From Ascidiella aspersa (lineage: Eukaryota), in assembly GCA_963924565.1 (NCBI GenBank), contig OZ004607.1, positions 8,556,001-8,620,000 on the forward strand: a stretch of 64,000 bases of DNA, read 5' to 3'. Made by a program: the position numbers and the translations under genes. Under the pieces are notes generated by a model that worked only from the letters and a program-made list of their open reading frames with translations, did not search any database and had not been told where the DNA came from. Of the stretch, positions 50,101 to 64,000 are shown one piece after another (the first letter of the stretch is position 1; every line of letters begins with the position of its first letter).

Positions 50101-53100
50101 AAACACTGCACTACATTGGGTTAAACTTCATCGCATATTAAGTAGTTATTTTTGGAGGGTGTTGGGAGTTTTTACTAAGGCAAAATACTGCTCCATAAAA
50201 GGGTAAAACTTCAATTAGGCGAGTAGTTTTTTGAAACCAGAAAGCGCTGGCACTTGGCAGCTATTTAGTGGGTTAAAATACAAATATCCTCTCTCTTATT
50301 TTACTGTAGCATGTAACAACACAGGCGCGCGTAAGGTTCAAAGTCGCGGTCACAATTACCCGGTAAAACTCCACTCCACGCCAACCCACCAAATACAGAC
50401 CACATCCACGCAATTTCAAGCCGAAATCACTCGCCACTCACAGCCACCGGCCAGCAGTTGGACAACAAAGCGAGCCGAAAAAACATGGGCCAGCGACGAG
50501 GCCGTGGCGAGGGGGCGCCGTTCAATTAGGCCGCGAATCAGACGCTTTAATAGGGCACTTGTGGCGCGAGTCGGGAACACGAAGTGTGCTGCTGTTCCTG
50601 CCGACGCCGAGCAATTACCGCGCTCCGGGCAACGGATGTCGCCACGAGAGTCGAGTGCCTCTTCAGCTGGGCCAGACTTTCTAAGTCGCTGGCTGGCGGT
50701 TTTAAGACCTTTTTGGGGGTGGTTTATCGCCCGTGGATGTTTGCCGGGTTAAAAGGTTGGGTTGTAAAAAATAGTAAGCGTTGTCCTGAAGAACTTTTCT
50801 TTCTGGTTTGTGATCTTTAAGATCGGAGGTGGCAAAAAATGACGCCGTTCTTTTATAAAAGGGATTGCATGGCAAAATTGGTGATTTTAATATTTTAATG
50901 AACGAAAAATCCTTTCTGACGCCATAAACGGCTGCTTTAGAAGGCGCCGCCCAAATTCACAGCATATTTTAGCATACTTTAGCATACTGATCAGTTACCT
51001 TGGAGCGTTTAAAGCCTTCTTGTCCTTGTGAAAACGGATAATTCAGTAGCGCTGATATGCTATCGGTGTCACGATCTACAAAATCAGTTGAAACCAGAAC
51101 GGCTCTCTTTCTGCCAAAACCAAGACAAAAAACGAAAAAACCACCAAACAGAGCATGTCGCATTTCAAAGAGGCCAAAATAGAAGTGGCCCACAAAAACG
51201 GCCGCTTTACCGTCCACGGGCCAAAACCAAAAGAGCTGCCGGGCGCTTGTACGGCACGTCGCGAACGCGGTCGGCGCTTATACTAACCACCTGGGAAGAT
51301 TGCGAATCCGTGCCCAATTAAGTAGATCGCGGCTAGACCCAAGCTGTTGTTGACGCCCAGCGCCGTTAAATTGCTGGCTGACTGACTGTCTCCAAGGCCG
51401 TCTTGTAGACTCGGAGACTGGCGGGTTATTATACTTTTGCTCGCTGCTTTTCGAAAATAAGGTTCCGTGAATGCGACTGTGTGCCAATCGTAAGTGTGCC
51501 GCGATATATTTAGGGTTGCCACTGTCACACACAAGGTTATGTTTATAAACATCAGACATTCAAAGACTTTTTAAAGTTAATTAGTAGTTTTTTTAACACC
51601 TAAATTTCAACCGCTCGACGTTTTATTTTAGTATAATTCAAAAACGAAGTAGTATAAATTTCATGGATTCAAAGACTTTGAATGTTTAAAAAAGTTTATC
51701 CGGTATTTTGACGCGTTGCGATTGCAACCGTAGTTAACACAGATTATTGCTCTTTAGTATGAAATCAAAACAATACTTTATAAAATAAAGTATGAATACC
51801 CAAACTCACATTGCGAACTTCAAAATCTCAAAACACCACTTTTGTAATTTTAAAAAGACGCTGTCAGCTACTTTCCAGGACATTTTCCTCCAGCGCAAAG
51901 CTATTTTACTGCGTAAGGTAAGCAATAAAAACTATACGATCGTTCAAATAAATGCGCCGCGCTCGGAGAGGGTCTCTCGCCAAAACCCGAAACCGATCGT
52001 CGAACGCTTAACGTCCTAATACCTCCGATCCTAGCGCCTCACTTCTGACCGCAAACGTCAAGAAAACAGCGCTAGTACAACAACTGCTTGTTTTCAACTC
52101 TGCCTGACTGCTTACTGCTTGCTCCGTGTACAGACTGCCCGTCTCACCTTGCCAGACTGCGAGGTTACTTCACGGCGCAGAGGAAAAAAAATTATACGAA
52201 CACCCCCAGGCGTCGGCGTATCCCGTTCGTCGCGTGCAATCAGGAAGCAGCGACCTAAAACTACGCCACCTTCTTTGCTTTCTCGCGCCCGCCAAAGCGG
52301 TTTAAGCTTGGCTTGGTTTGGGCTTGCTGGCGTGAAGCAGCCCGCGTGTTCTACCGATGCTTCCTGGAAATATTTTCCGTGGCGCTCTGAAGACGATTCA
52401 GGGATCACGCTTTTTGACGGAATCAAGTTTTTTTATCGAAGTTTAGGCTTAGCTGCCCGCGTAGGAATTTTAGAGTATATTTTACTGATATGTCAAAAAC
52501 ATAAAAAGTACTTTTCTATTACGGTTTTCTTCTGAAAATGTGTCTTGAAATAATATTAAACACGTTGCAAGGGTTTTGTCACTCGTTTACCTGGCGCTTG
52601 CGAAAGGCGCAAAATTTAAGACAAACTGGAAAACTTTGAGCAAAAAAGCGAAATTTGAACTAAAAACATCGGCAAGACTGGGTAAAAACAGCAAAAATGA
52701 TGTACAAGCGCAAAAATTGGACAAAGTCCTACAATCTAGGATCCTAGGCAAAGCGTGAAAGTTCGTACAGAGTTGCATACAGACTTTCCACTTGCGCATG
52801 AGAAGTCTACAGAGTCGGAAAAACAAAGGCGGGCGACAGGCTGGGGCCATGGGGACCCGAAAAGTGGGTCGCAACGCTACATTCCGGGGGCGAAATTCTC
52901 CCGACAAGGACGACTAGGCGGTCGCGAGCTAGCACAAGAACTTTTCGGGTTGCGATGACGCACGGGAAATTTTGAGAACCCAATACGCGTTACCGTTGCC
53001 GGAGCCGCTGCTATTGGGGTGCTGTAGCCCTGTGCTTGCGGCCTCTGTCCAACTGTAAAACTAGAGGTGGCTGTACTGCTGCTGCTGGCACAGATTTGCT

Positions 53101-56100
53101 TGGGTTTTGTGCGCTTCTTTTTATAGAATGCGGGAGAAAAGTGTGAAAAAAAGTTGGAAGGAACCGCTCCCATAAAACTCTTGTGCTTTTTATAAGTTGA
53201 GAGGTCTAGGTGTACGTAGAGGCCCTTCTACTGGTTTTCTTTGTTTGGTTATATTTTTTGTAGACGAGTTAATATTTTTTGGATTAGAAACTCGTTAAAA
53301 AGTCCATGGTCAATGTTTTTTTTCTAAACACAGAAAACCGGCATTCGTGGAAAAAAATTATCATTATTCAAAATACAAAGTTATCCACTGCTTCATTTCT
53401 ACCTTACTGCGCAAAAAAATAGTTTTTTTTTAAATTGTTGAAGAAATTTTAAAGCTCACATAGAAATAGCCTACATTGTTTTAAAATTTAACAACACAAA
53501 TATATAAGTGAAAAACTGCGTTTTCTAATCGTAAACCACGTCTGCACTGCGTCTTCGTCTAACTAAAACTGTTCCGAAACAAACAAGCTCTTAACAAAAC
53601 GTTTAGCATTTGTAAGAAACAAATCATCAAAGTCTGCCAACGAACCACGCCGCATTCTGACCGACACAAGACACAAACCGTCGCTTAAACCCTTTTTTCG
53701 AGCAGAAAAAACCTCGCCCGTCATACATCACGTGTTCGTGTCATCGGCGATCGCTCCCTTTGACTCATAAACCCGGGCCTGGACCTAAAACAATCGCGAC
53801 AGTCTATTCAGGCCCCAGCGTGGGCTGATTAGCCGCGCTAAAACCGCAAAAATGCCGGCACTGTTTTTATGTCGGCTGGCCGCTCGGCTTTTTCGCCGTC
53901 GGGTTTTCTTTTTTGATTTTCGGCGTCGCGACAGAAAAAGAAAACGAATTGCGACGGCGGCCGCGACGGCTCAGACGCGAAAATGTAATTACGGATTAAC
54001 CGCGGCGATTGGCCGCAAAAGCCAGACTAAACGCGCCGCTAATCGGTAGCGCAATGGAAAAACCGCGAGTATTTTTAACAGGCCGACGTTTGCAGGCGAA
54101 AGGCGCATTCCGCAGACAGGTTTTCTTGGCAACTGAAGGGCGATTTGGTAGCGGAGAGGAAGCGATATTCGACTTACTTAAGTCTCGTCGTTAAATGTGC
54201 GAATAAAGGGAGGGACGTTCGTTGGTTAGGTTTGATGCCCGGACGACACGTGTTTCGCATCCTGGTGAGACATTTTTAAAGCGAACCGCATTTTTCTTTA
54301 TAAAAAAAGGAGACGATAGTAATTTTTTTTCTCGCATGCAAAAAAAACACGAATGTACGAAAAATTAATTAAGGTGACCACCTATTTTTTGTCGTTAAAC
54401 AAAATGCCCTTAATAAGTGTCACGGCGAAAGAAAGTAGAACAAATTACTTTTGGAAAGTGGAGAGCAAATGCAGCAAGAAAATGCACAATAGAAACCCTG
54501 TCAAACTGTTAGAAATCGCTGCCTGGGATTTATGCCTATCAGCTCAGATCAACACACCGTGTGGAATTTAAATCCACTACTACGGCTAGTGGCCACTTCC
54601 GAAAACTTGAATTTACAGTAAAACAGGTTTTCGTTTAGGTTTGGCTCAACCGCTAAGGAATTTTAAGAGACCTAAAGCTACTTAGTCTGTCACTGACTAA
54701 AAATTTAAAGTCTGATTTTTGGGTATTAGGAAAGTTAAAGAAAAAATACAGTTCAAAAATTTTCTAGGTTTTTGAACGCTAACTTTCTGTTGTTGAAATA
54801 CTGAAGTTCAGAGGCTATTGGAAAAGTTTTGAAGACAGTTTCGGTCCTTCAAAAAACAAATCTCGGCATATTATACGCTAAATTTCTGCTGTAGGTAAGT
54901 ATACAAACAAACTTTTAAGGGGGCTTTTGAAATGGTTCAAGGTAGCTGTTTAGACCCCTCAGAACCCAGCATTGAAGGATTTTAAAATCAGTCTTAAAGA
55001 CTCTAACAACACAGACTTAACCACAACAACACGTACATACAGCTAAAAAGGCTCACAAGACAACAACAAACTTCAACCTGGTGACAACCGACTCATTCCT
55101 ACCGACCGCCTGCGCTAATAATAATGGCCGATGACAGCGGCGGCAGCAGACGCATTCCTGTCAGGTACGAGTTTTATTTTTATTTTTTCGCGGCATGACA
55201 TCACCGCGTCGGGAAGCCAAGCGTGAAGGAGGGCAGCGATGCGTGACGGGTCGTCCCACGGCTGTGGCCGCTGTTATCGTCATTGGTTCATTGTTTTGCG
55301 AGCAATTTAAAGTTTTAGCGAAAATAAAGCCGAAAAAAAACAGTTTAAACTGGTTGAAATGTGCGTATTACATGTCCAAAATAAAATACCAGATTTAAAA
55401 AAAGCTCCTACACAAAAAAATTATTGCTGATTTGACATGATTATTGTTACCAGTTTTGGCCTATGCTGTTTAAACGGAGGTACTCAAAACAAAATCTCAA
55501 AAATATTATCACAAGATTTAAGATAAAACTAAAAAATATTTCAGCAATGCGGTTGTTTTTTTAATACTTCTTTGTGTTAATATGTAACTTTGTGACGTCG
55601 CGTAATCCCTGAAAAAAATTCCTCCCACCCAAAAACAAAATTCCTTAATTTGTGCAATACCCACGAAGTTAATTAAAAATTTGTTATTTATTTACCCTGA
55701 CGACGGATTTCGTAGAGAAAACCAACCGATAGGATTGCAATCTTGCTGCTTATTTTAAAAACAGCAAATTTGTTTATCAACCAAATTGGCGTGCACCGCG
55801 CCGCCAAAAGAAGCAACCTCGGATGAAAATCTGCAATTTTCAGTCCTCCCACTTTAATGGACCTAAGAAAAAGAGAGTCGTAGAAGGTTCTCCCTTCGAT
55901 ATAGCACGTGACAAAAAACAAGTAGTCGGCCTTTAAAATCGAACAAAAACCGAAAAGTCGAAAAAACCGACTTTTCCCCCAAACTCCCCGCGCGGGAGCT
56001 CAGGCGGGCGACATTTCTAAGCCGCGTAATTCGCCGCTAAACGTTGTTGTTGCTGCGGCCGCCTTTCGTCGACTGCCGGGAAGTAGCGGGCTATCCGCCG

Positions 56101-59100
56101 ATAACAAACATTCCTTTCCGTCGACGCGCCGCTGTTCGCGAGACGAGAAAAAAGCGGACTGCCGCGGCGCGGGGTGAAACAACAACTTTGACCCCAAGGC
56201 GCGTCGAAAGACGGGGTGAAACAGACAATCGTAACCCTGAACCCCAAGCCCAAGCCCTAAATCATGGTCTGTGGTGATTATGTTCGGTGACGCACTAACG
56301 CCACTTTTGAGTTTTTTTCAAGGCCCACTGCAAACGATGGATGTGGTACGCGTTTGTAACAACACAATACACACAATACAGTTTTTACACAATACAGAAT
56401 GCATTATTAACTCGAACCTTGTCGTAAAACAGTTATTGTATTAAACAGTTAATACAATTCAGTTAAAATCAAGAAAGCGACTGCACTGCAAACAGCGTCC
56501 AGTTTAAATACCGTCGCTCTTTTTGAGGTTATATAGCAGGGATGGCGAACCACTGACCCGCGGGTCACGAAGTGACATACCACACATTTTTAGTGACCCA
56601 CTTGTCTGTCTAGAAATACCGAAATGTTACCATTCATTTTCAGCAAAGGATAATGTAAAAAAAAAAGAATTCTTAGTCAGATAGCGACGGCCTAATCTGT
56701 GGGTTGTGCAAAAGTGTCTTAATGATGAAGTTTTTGTTCTTACCGCACCCGGAAAGCGTCATCCACGAGTTTCCCGGGTTTCCCAAATAACGCGCGCGGG
56801 ATCCGACACGCTCGTGACCCCGACGACAAAAACAAACGGCATCGAAAACGTGGGAAACCGTTGGGAAATGCGAGGGAGGGGGTAAGGGGGCCAAGCGCAG
56901 GTGGTGGTCCCCGTTCAATATTTGGTCTTGCTGCTTCGCGGCGACAGGAAAGCGCAACGCGTAACGCGACACCGACGCTCGAGTGCGATTCGGAGAGAGG
57001 GCGAGAATTCCGACCGTGGCTTTTCGGGCAAAAAAACACGGGACAAAATTTGCGGGCCTGTTAGTTTTTAGGCGGTCACATTTTACGACAAGGAAAAGTT
57101 ACAGTCGAAAAAAAAAACGTGTCGAAAAATTAAGAGTTGAACTAAAGTCCCCAAGCATAGCGAAACTTGTGGCCTTTTCACGGAGAAAAACACATGGAAC
57201 CAACCAAGGTTTGAAGTAGAAAATCGCTCTTTGAAAGCTTGGAAAATTGCATCTTTATTACAATTATTTTCGGCACGATTTATAACTACAACAAATAGTT
57301 AAGAACATCTTTCTTAAAACTATCTTCTCATAGGTGCAACATTTCTATTTTAATGCAACGGCTCTGAAAGCAGACATTGCAATTCCGACAGGTTAAGCAG
57401 AATAACAGAACTATCAGGTAATGTAGAAAAAAGTAAGACGCTTCGAAGCCTTAACTGCCACAAAATCACATCAACGCTCGCCTGTTGCTGCTTACTGCTT
57501 GTCGTACAACTTCTGGGCGACATCAACAACGGGTTCAAATCACCTCTTCGCGGTTAAACATTAATTAGAGAAAAACGGCTTGCGACGATACGTAAAACGC
57601 ATTCGCTAATGTTTTGTTTCCATGCGGGGCACGGGGTTATGGTACACGCTTTACGTTAACAAAAAAACTTAAATCGCATTTCTCAACCCAAACATAAACT
57701 TCACGTATACAAAACTCGTTAACCAATTCTTCCCTTTACATAATGCTAGTCAAGTGGTTCTTAAACTTTCGTCCGCTCAGAAGCAAGGGTTTGAAACACT
57801 GTATAATATAGAGGAGACCATCATTTACTTTAGTTTTAATAATGATAAATGAATTAAAATTTTGTGCACATTAGGTATGGTTTATTGTATAAGAACGGAC
57901 TTGGGTGTTAGGGCAAACATTGCATCATTATTTTTTTAATTTAATAAACGGCCAAACGTTTAATAGGAAAACCGCGACGGTTTCAATTCCAGCATTCCAA
58001 CGCGCTAAAAAAGAGTGGTGAGTTGCGACTTGGTTTTATTAACTCAGCGGCAATTTCTGAGCACAAGGGCTGGGCTAGGAAACGTGAACCGGTTTGCGGT
58101 TTGCCGACCAATTAGGCTTTAGCGGGGCCTTGTTTTAAGACGAGGGCCACCGCGGTTTTGTCCCGATTCGAATAAAGGGAGAAAATTTTCGGTTGAGTTT
58201 TTGTTTTGTCGGATTTCGAAACGAAGATTTTTTTCTTTGTGCGGATTTGTTGGTGAAAACATATTATGTCTTGCCTATGGAATAACGAGACGGCGAATTG
58301 GCTAAGCAATTAAAAAGTCAATGAAAACACGGCAAAACAAAAAGACTTTGAAAACTCTCGAGAAAAATAACGCTACAATTATTATCTTGTGCCAAATTTT
58401 AAATTTGGTTTTGAAATGAAGGCGAACTGGCTGAACAATTCAAGGGTAATTAAAAATACGACGAAATCAAGGTTTTTTTTTATTTGGCGCAAGGAAAATA
58501 CACTTCTTTCCTTGTGAGAATTTATTTGTGAACCAACTTTGCTTTGACGGCGATAAGACCAAATTAAATAGTGGTTTTAAATCTGGCGAAAGAAAAATCT
58601 TTAAAATTCTCTTCTTTTTTTGCAAAACAAATTTAGCTTTACCATAAAGGCGACGAGACGATAAAGGCGACGAGACGGGGAGTTGACTAAGCAATCCAAA
58701 TGTCTTGTAAAAAACTCGTGATAGAATTTTTTCCCCGATTGCGAAATTTTTGGGGAAAGTAAAGAAATATTGACTTTGGAATGACAGCTATGTAAGCACG
58801 ACTTGGCTAAGTCCAAAAGCCCGCCACCGTTTCGTTTTTTCGCGGCCGGGTAGGCGGGTGACTAATCCCCGTACAGTGTACATTACGAATAAAATCGGCG
58901 GCGGCGCGCGAAACGCGTTATCTCGCGTTACAGAAAACGTTGCGTCACTGGTTACACAGCACACATACAGCGGCAAGGGACAGGGGGGAGATAGTTTTAC
59001 CCGGGCTTCCGATTCCAGCGCCGGCAAAGAGGTACGCGTGTTTGGAGCGGCGATTAAAACGTGCTTTTTGTAAGGGCCGAGTGGTAGACACGAAAGAGAG

Positions 59101-62100
59101 AGAGATAGCGAGTAAGTCTGGGGTGTTTTCCGAACGGAATTCGGTCACTTTCGAATGGGAAGCGACCGGCAGGATACGGCGTAGACAAGCCCGAGGCGCG
59201 GTACTCTTGTATTGGCCTAGCACTCCAACAAGCCTCGGGAAACATTTTCGGCGGTGATTTTGCGTATTTATGTAAAAACTCTAGCTACTATACACTTAGA
59301 AGAAAGTCAAGAACGCTGTTTTAACCTCATATCGAATACCATGGCCGGCGCTGGTCTAGAACCCTACCACGGTTTTACAGTAACGAAGCGAGTTGTTAAA
59401 ATTAAAATTGCAAGGAAGAAATATATATGGGATAACAAATCTACTAATGATAGTTGACCCCCGTGAACCCACACGCTAACTTGAACTCTCGCCGTAGCAA
59501 AATAACCGCCGGACGAAAAAGTGTTGAAAAAATAACAAGTATGCTATTTATTTTCGTATGGGCTTTGTTACTTATTCTCCTGATCACTTCAACCTTCAAC
59601 CATTATGTGCACCAAACTCTGTTTTTATTTATCGCCTACCCATTTTACAGTGTATCTACAACGCCATACGGTCTTGTTCGAAATTAGCCGCGTTTACTGG
59701 ACTTTTTGTGGGCCTGGCCTCTTGTTTGGCCACTGGTCATCGTCATTGAGCCCAGTCTGTGTGCGCGATTTTACCCCGACAGGACCGACAGACTTGTGTG
59801 TTTACCGGTGGTTTCACAAACAAAACAGAATCGGTAAATTAGCTTATTACGGGTTTCTTCGCTCCCCTCAAAAAACATTAAAGGTTTGGCGAATATTTTC
59901 CCCGCGATTTACAGGCCGTCGCTTAAGCCGACAATTTTATAACTGGGCGATTCTGCTGTTGTTTTCTTCGATAACATAGCTTCGCGTGACAAAACGTTCG
60001 CCGCGCCTGGCAAATATTTGCCGCCGACTAATTCCATTAAGATAGAGCCGGGGCAATCCGAAGTAGATAAGGCACGGCCTGTCTAAAACTGAACACACAA
60101 CCTTGGAAGTGCATCGACACTAGAACCTGTTTTAAACCCGACACTCTTGATGAAAAACACTTTCCCTTAAGCGTCGTATCTTAGACAAGCACTTGACTTT
60201 AAGGTTTAAAAAATGAGGACTCGTCACTTTTTCCAGACGACTTGCGACATCGACGGCAATTGCGATACGTCTACAGCGCTTAACTTGCAGATGCAATGGT
60301 GGCGAAATAAACTGCGACATAGGCAAAAAGTCTGCCTAACTTTAGCTGGGTCATCAAGTCTTGGTTGAGATTAATCGGATCAAAACATAGGTTTGTTTGC
60401 CGGTGTACAACTTTCGTCGACGCACTAAGACAAGACAATTGACATGCTTGCAACAATGTAGATTGCCATTTATGTACTGTTTGGCAAATTATAAATTTTG
60501 GAGATTGCTAAACGGTTGAAACTCTGCTCTATATAATTTACTTTTGTTTTAAATATAATCACTTGTCTTCTAACAAAAAATAAATCTTGCACTTTTAAAA
60601 TATCCTAAAGCCTGAAGCCCTGATGGGAGGGTATTCGATGGACGGTATAAACGGAAGCAAAGGACAAAAAAAACCTCGCAAAAGTCACACAAATACAACA
60701 ACCCATAGAAAAACCAATTTCTCGATGAGCAAAAAACTAAGCACTGGTTGATAAAACTCTTCCACAAAGGCGCACGTGTTAGCGATACAACAACTAGAAG
60801 AACAGAGTGGCGACAAGGCAACAAACAACATATCATAACCCGGTCGTACAAGCGTTAACCCGAAGGCGTGCTGGCGGAAACCTATTGCCTTGTCAAGCTG
60901 CTGCCCTGCCCCAGCACAGTCTGACAGCGAGTTGGCGAGAACTGGCCTCGTTTGACTTTAGCCCGCATTTCGCGGGAGCCTCCCAATCAAAAGCAGCAGC
61001 ACTTCCACAACTCAGGCTAATTGCCAGTTATCGCCGGTTTAGCTTTGCGACTTTCAATCTACCAGCTAAGCGGCAGTCAAGAGTACTAATTTTTTTCCAG
61101 AAACCAACGAGCGACCGGGTTGAAAATGCGATTTCCTTTGAAATGCGACGGCTTCCTTTCACACAAGCCGTGCCCGATTCTCGTCTGTCTATTGACGGCG
61201 AAACATGCCCGTTTCCGGACTAGCTACACCCTTTGCGACTGCGACTGTTTCTTCCCAAGCCCAAGAAACTAGACTTTTGACCGACTGACTACAGTAAGCT
61301 TCCCGATAGAGTACAGTAATACGCCCATATAATTTAGTCCAAGGACAAACTTGCTCAACGATAAAGGCACGCACAGAACAACTACAAGCACAAGCAAGTC
61401 GCAAAATCAGTTAGGCCGAGACAAATACGCTAAAATGGCAAAAAAGTTAACACCCGAGCAAATTTTAAGTTAATCCATCCTCGTTCAAATGCTTCACTGT
61501 TGTTTGTTTAAAACTACAAGAATAACACCTCTAACGCACTTCAAGAAAAAACAAACGTAACGAACTAAAAGAGGAATCCATCACTGCACAGCTATAAGAG
61601 TCACAAAACACATACCAGCGAGCCGCAGTTCACTCGCCTCTCTGATCTCTCTTAAAAGGCGCGCGCAACTGGCACTTCAAATCCCGGCGTGCATATTGTG
61701 GCGGCGGCGGCCACCACCGGGGACAGAACAGCAGCTTGCGTCACGCGGCGTTGCTGCGTCAAGGTATGCGCGCCTGGGTCTACTACTACAAGCGGGGGCA
61801 AGGCGAAAGGCCAGCGGTAGGAATCAGCAGCAGCGGCGGCGGTGCTGGATTAAAGGCGTCTGCGCGCGCGTTGCCCTTCGGAAACCAAGCACGCGGTCCC
61901 CTAGTGCCGCTGTTGCGGGCGCGCCAAAATAACAACGCGCGCACACGTCCAAGGCTCTCCTATAGGGGCGGGTATAGGATTCGGTGTTGCGTTACCCCCT
62001 TGGGCGAGCGTGGGGCGGCACCTTGGCTATGTAATTTTTTTCCAGGGTGTTCTGGGCGGCGCAGCGCACCTGCTGACCCGCTGTATCGCGTTGCAGACCT

Positions 62101-64000
62101 CTCCAGATGTCGCCCGTCTAAGCAGGACGTCGCCGATATTGGGCAGCGTCTGGCTTGCGAACGACTTGCTGCTATACTACGCTCTAGGGTCGCTGCAGAG
62201 GTCGTTGGGCGATGCGGCCAATTCGCAAAAGGGCGTTTTTTCTGACCCTGCCTTTATAGATGTATCTTTGGTAAACTTTGCGAGTATGGGGAGTCTACGT
62301 TTTTTAAAGTAGTTTTGACGGCAACTTTGGGGTTGCCACTAAACTTATAGGAAAAAATTCAACGCCATTTTAAAGCGTTAATTGGTTTGCCCAATGTTTA
62401 TTTAGCATGATTCGAAGATAAAACAGGATATATGCTATGGACAACACACGAAAAAAACAGTTTGAAAATTGTTTATTTCACACATAATTTAAAGCTGCAC
62501 ATAGAGTAAATTCAAAGACTGTTCTAACAATTTTGGACATAACGTGTTTCAAAGACTTTTCAATGCTTAAATCATTTGAAAGACATTTAAAGACTTCGTG
62601 GCAACCCTGAACTTACGACCAAATGTTCTCCGTTTTAGGTTAAGAAAACTAAACTAAGCGATTTGGTGTCGGGTCAACCAAAACTATATTTATTGCAAAT
62701 AAGTTTATTTTTTATCAGACTCTGAATCGTTAACTCCAGGCCATATTGGTTGGGAATTAAAGATAAATTTCAAAAGGCATACAGAAATATGTCACATTGT
62801 CCCCGTTGAATTAAAAAAGCATACTTATTCAAAACGTTCACACAATGTCATATATTTCTCTTGCAACTTTGATTTATCATGGAGCACTTAAACTCTTGGC
62901 CACCCACCCATAAAAAAGTTTAGCCTGAAAAGCCCACACTAATTTGCAAATGAATCTCGCTCGCTCCGATTTCATGACGCAATCAAATCCAAAACACATC
63001 ACTAACTTGTTCTGAATGCAAAACGCGTATTACCGAGATTGTCATAAATATATTTTGCGAGGTGAATGGATACACGAGACTTGAAAACACTGCACTTCAA
63101 CCAGGCGCACTCGCTTTGTGGAAAGTAAACAGAACCGCAATCAATAACCGCTTAGTAACGCATTCCGACTCAAATTCGTTCAACGCAAAACGGGTTACTC
63201 TATTAGGCACTAGGCAGGTCTGTTAAGCTTGTTACTCCACTTTCACCTTAAAAACGCGGAGCACTAATCCGAAAGCATTCGAAAACAAAAACTGGATTAT
63301 TCCGTTCCGAAAGCGAAATCAATCACCCGCTAACCAGCAGCTTCCCACTTTAGGCTAAGAGTCGATTTCGGCGAGAAAAAGCCATATTACAGGGCCGGTC
63401 TTAAAGCCTGGTTTCCTCTTTTTTGCGATTTAGGCCGTTTTTGTGCTGAAACGGCAGTCTCAGCTGCCAATTTTTTAGTAACTCTGTTTTCATCCAATGT
63501 TTGGCCTATTAAGAGCATACTGCTGTTAAACTTAGCTATTTTTTGGCCTTTTATAGGCAAACGGCTACCAAGCCTTTTTTAAACCTGTTCTCAGCTGATT
63601 TTTGTCTAGTAAAATGACAAGAGCAAAAACGACCAGTAGTGCTTTCATATCAGCCTAATAAAAAGACGGGCGCGTTTTAAAGCGGACTTTTTCCAACTGG
63701 CCAATTAAAAGCAAAACGAAACTAGAGAGTTGCTCCAAAGAGGCGAAAGAAAAATGTCGGCGGTCGGGTTTCGTAGGTGCCAAGCTGCCAAATTGTCAAA
63801 TCCCCGTGAGTCCCGAACTCGACATGCCTCGGGTGACCTTGAGCGGCCCAAGGTCACGCCACTTGCGGTTCGGGTTTCAGGACTTCTAAATTTCTTGAAG
63901 TCCGTTGGGTTAGGGTTGGGCCGAGAACCAACGGTTTTTTACTCTTTTTTTAGGGTTGAAAAGGAAATGGCGTAATTATAGCGCAGGAGCACGCTTTTTT
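47200..64000. promoter_or_regulatory. Large non-coding upstream region of Smurf with alternating CpG-rich blocks (putative promoter/enhancer landscape)
   Basis: No spliceable coding exons are recognisable and the ORFs are compositional artefacts. Blocks rich in CG, GGCG, CAGAC and TAAT are separated by poly-A/T spacers. Confidence 0.45.
62328..62609. mobile_element. hAT-type MITE with GGGTTGCCAC ends
   Basis: TIR ggggttgccac / gtggcaaccctg with internal aaagact repeats. A related left end (tagggttgccac...aaagactttt) lies at about 51510. Confidence 0.6.

Noticed and set aside
45815-50752. Long ORFs at 45815-46336 and 50231-50752
   Set aside because: They show no domain motifs or coding-type codon bias and are explained by stop-poor GC-rich blocks.
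830-57801. Numerous isolated hAT-like termini (e.g. about 885, 2326, 5668, 11879, 36410, 56537, 57751)
   Set aside because: These are single ends without a matching TIR or TSD, so boundaries cannot be supported. No transposase ORF was found anywhere in the window.
19904-58678. Short perfect two-copy tandem repeats (about 19904, 46465, 58644) and (ctga)n at about 26080
   Set aside because: They are ordinary slippage duplications with no sign of function.
39500-63200. Enrichment of TEAD-like CATTCC sites
   Set aside because: About a dozen occurrences in about 24 kb is near chance expectation for a 6-mer, so enrichment cannot be claimed without a count.

Overview
AT-rich eukaryotic (animal) genomic DNA with spliceosomal introns. 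The compact introns, dense hAT MITEs and gene set suggest an invertebrate chordate such as an ascidian; this is an inference, not shown by the sequence. By hand-splicing on GT..AG junctions and reading-frame phase I recover: (1) the 3' exons of an RI-like LRR (NLR-type) gene on +; (2) a tandem segmental duplication of about 3.8 and 3.6 kb carrying a disabled and an intact copy of a signal-peptide-bearing SOUL/heme-binding protein gene, with an orphan ABCC/MRP4-like exon fragment at the breakpoint; (3) an SH3BGR-like thioredoxin-fold gene on - with a long unusual C-terminal tail; (4) a complete 12-coding-exon Smurf E3 ligase (C2-3xWW-HECT, about 756 aa) on -; and (5) about 17 kb of non-coding DNA upstream of Smurf built of alternating CpG-rich and AT-rich blocks. 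There are several non-autonomous hAT-type MITEs with 8-bp target site duplications and two copies of a tRNA-derived repeat. I found no CRISPR array, prokaryotic system or autonomous transposase. The best leads are the patchwork-converted SOUL gene/pseudogene pair, the recurring duplication of Smurf exon boundaries, the stranded ABCC exon, and the tRNA-like repeat whose homology extends 5' of its tRNA head.
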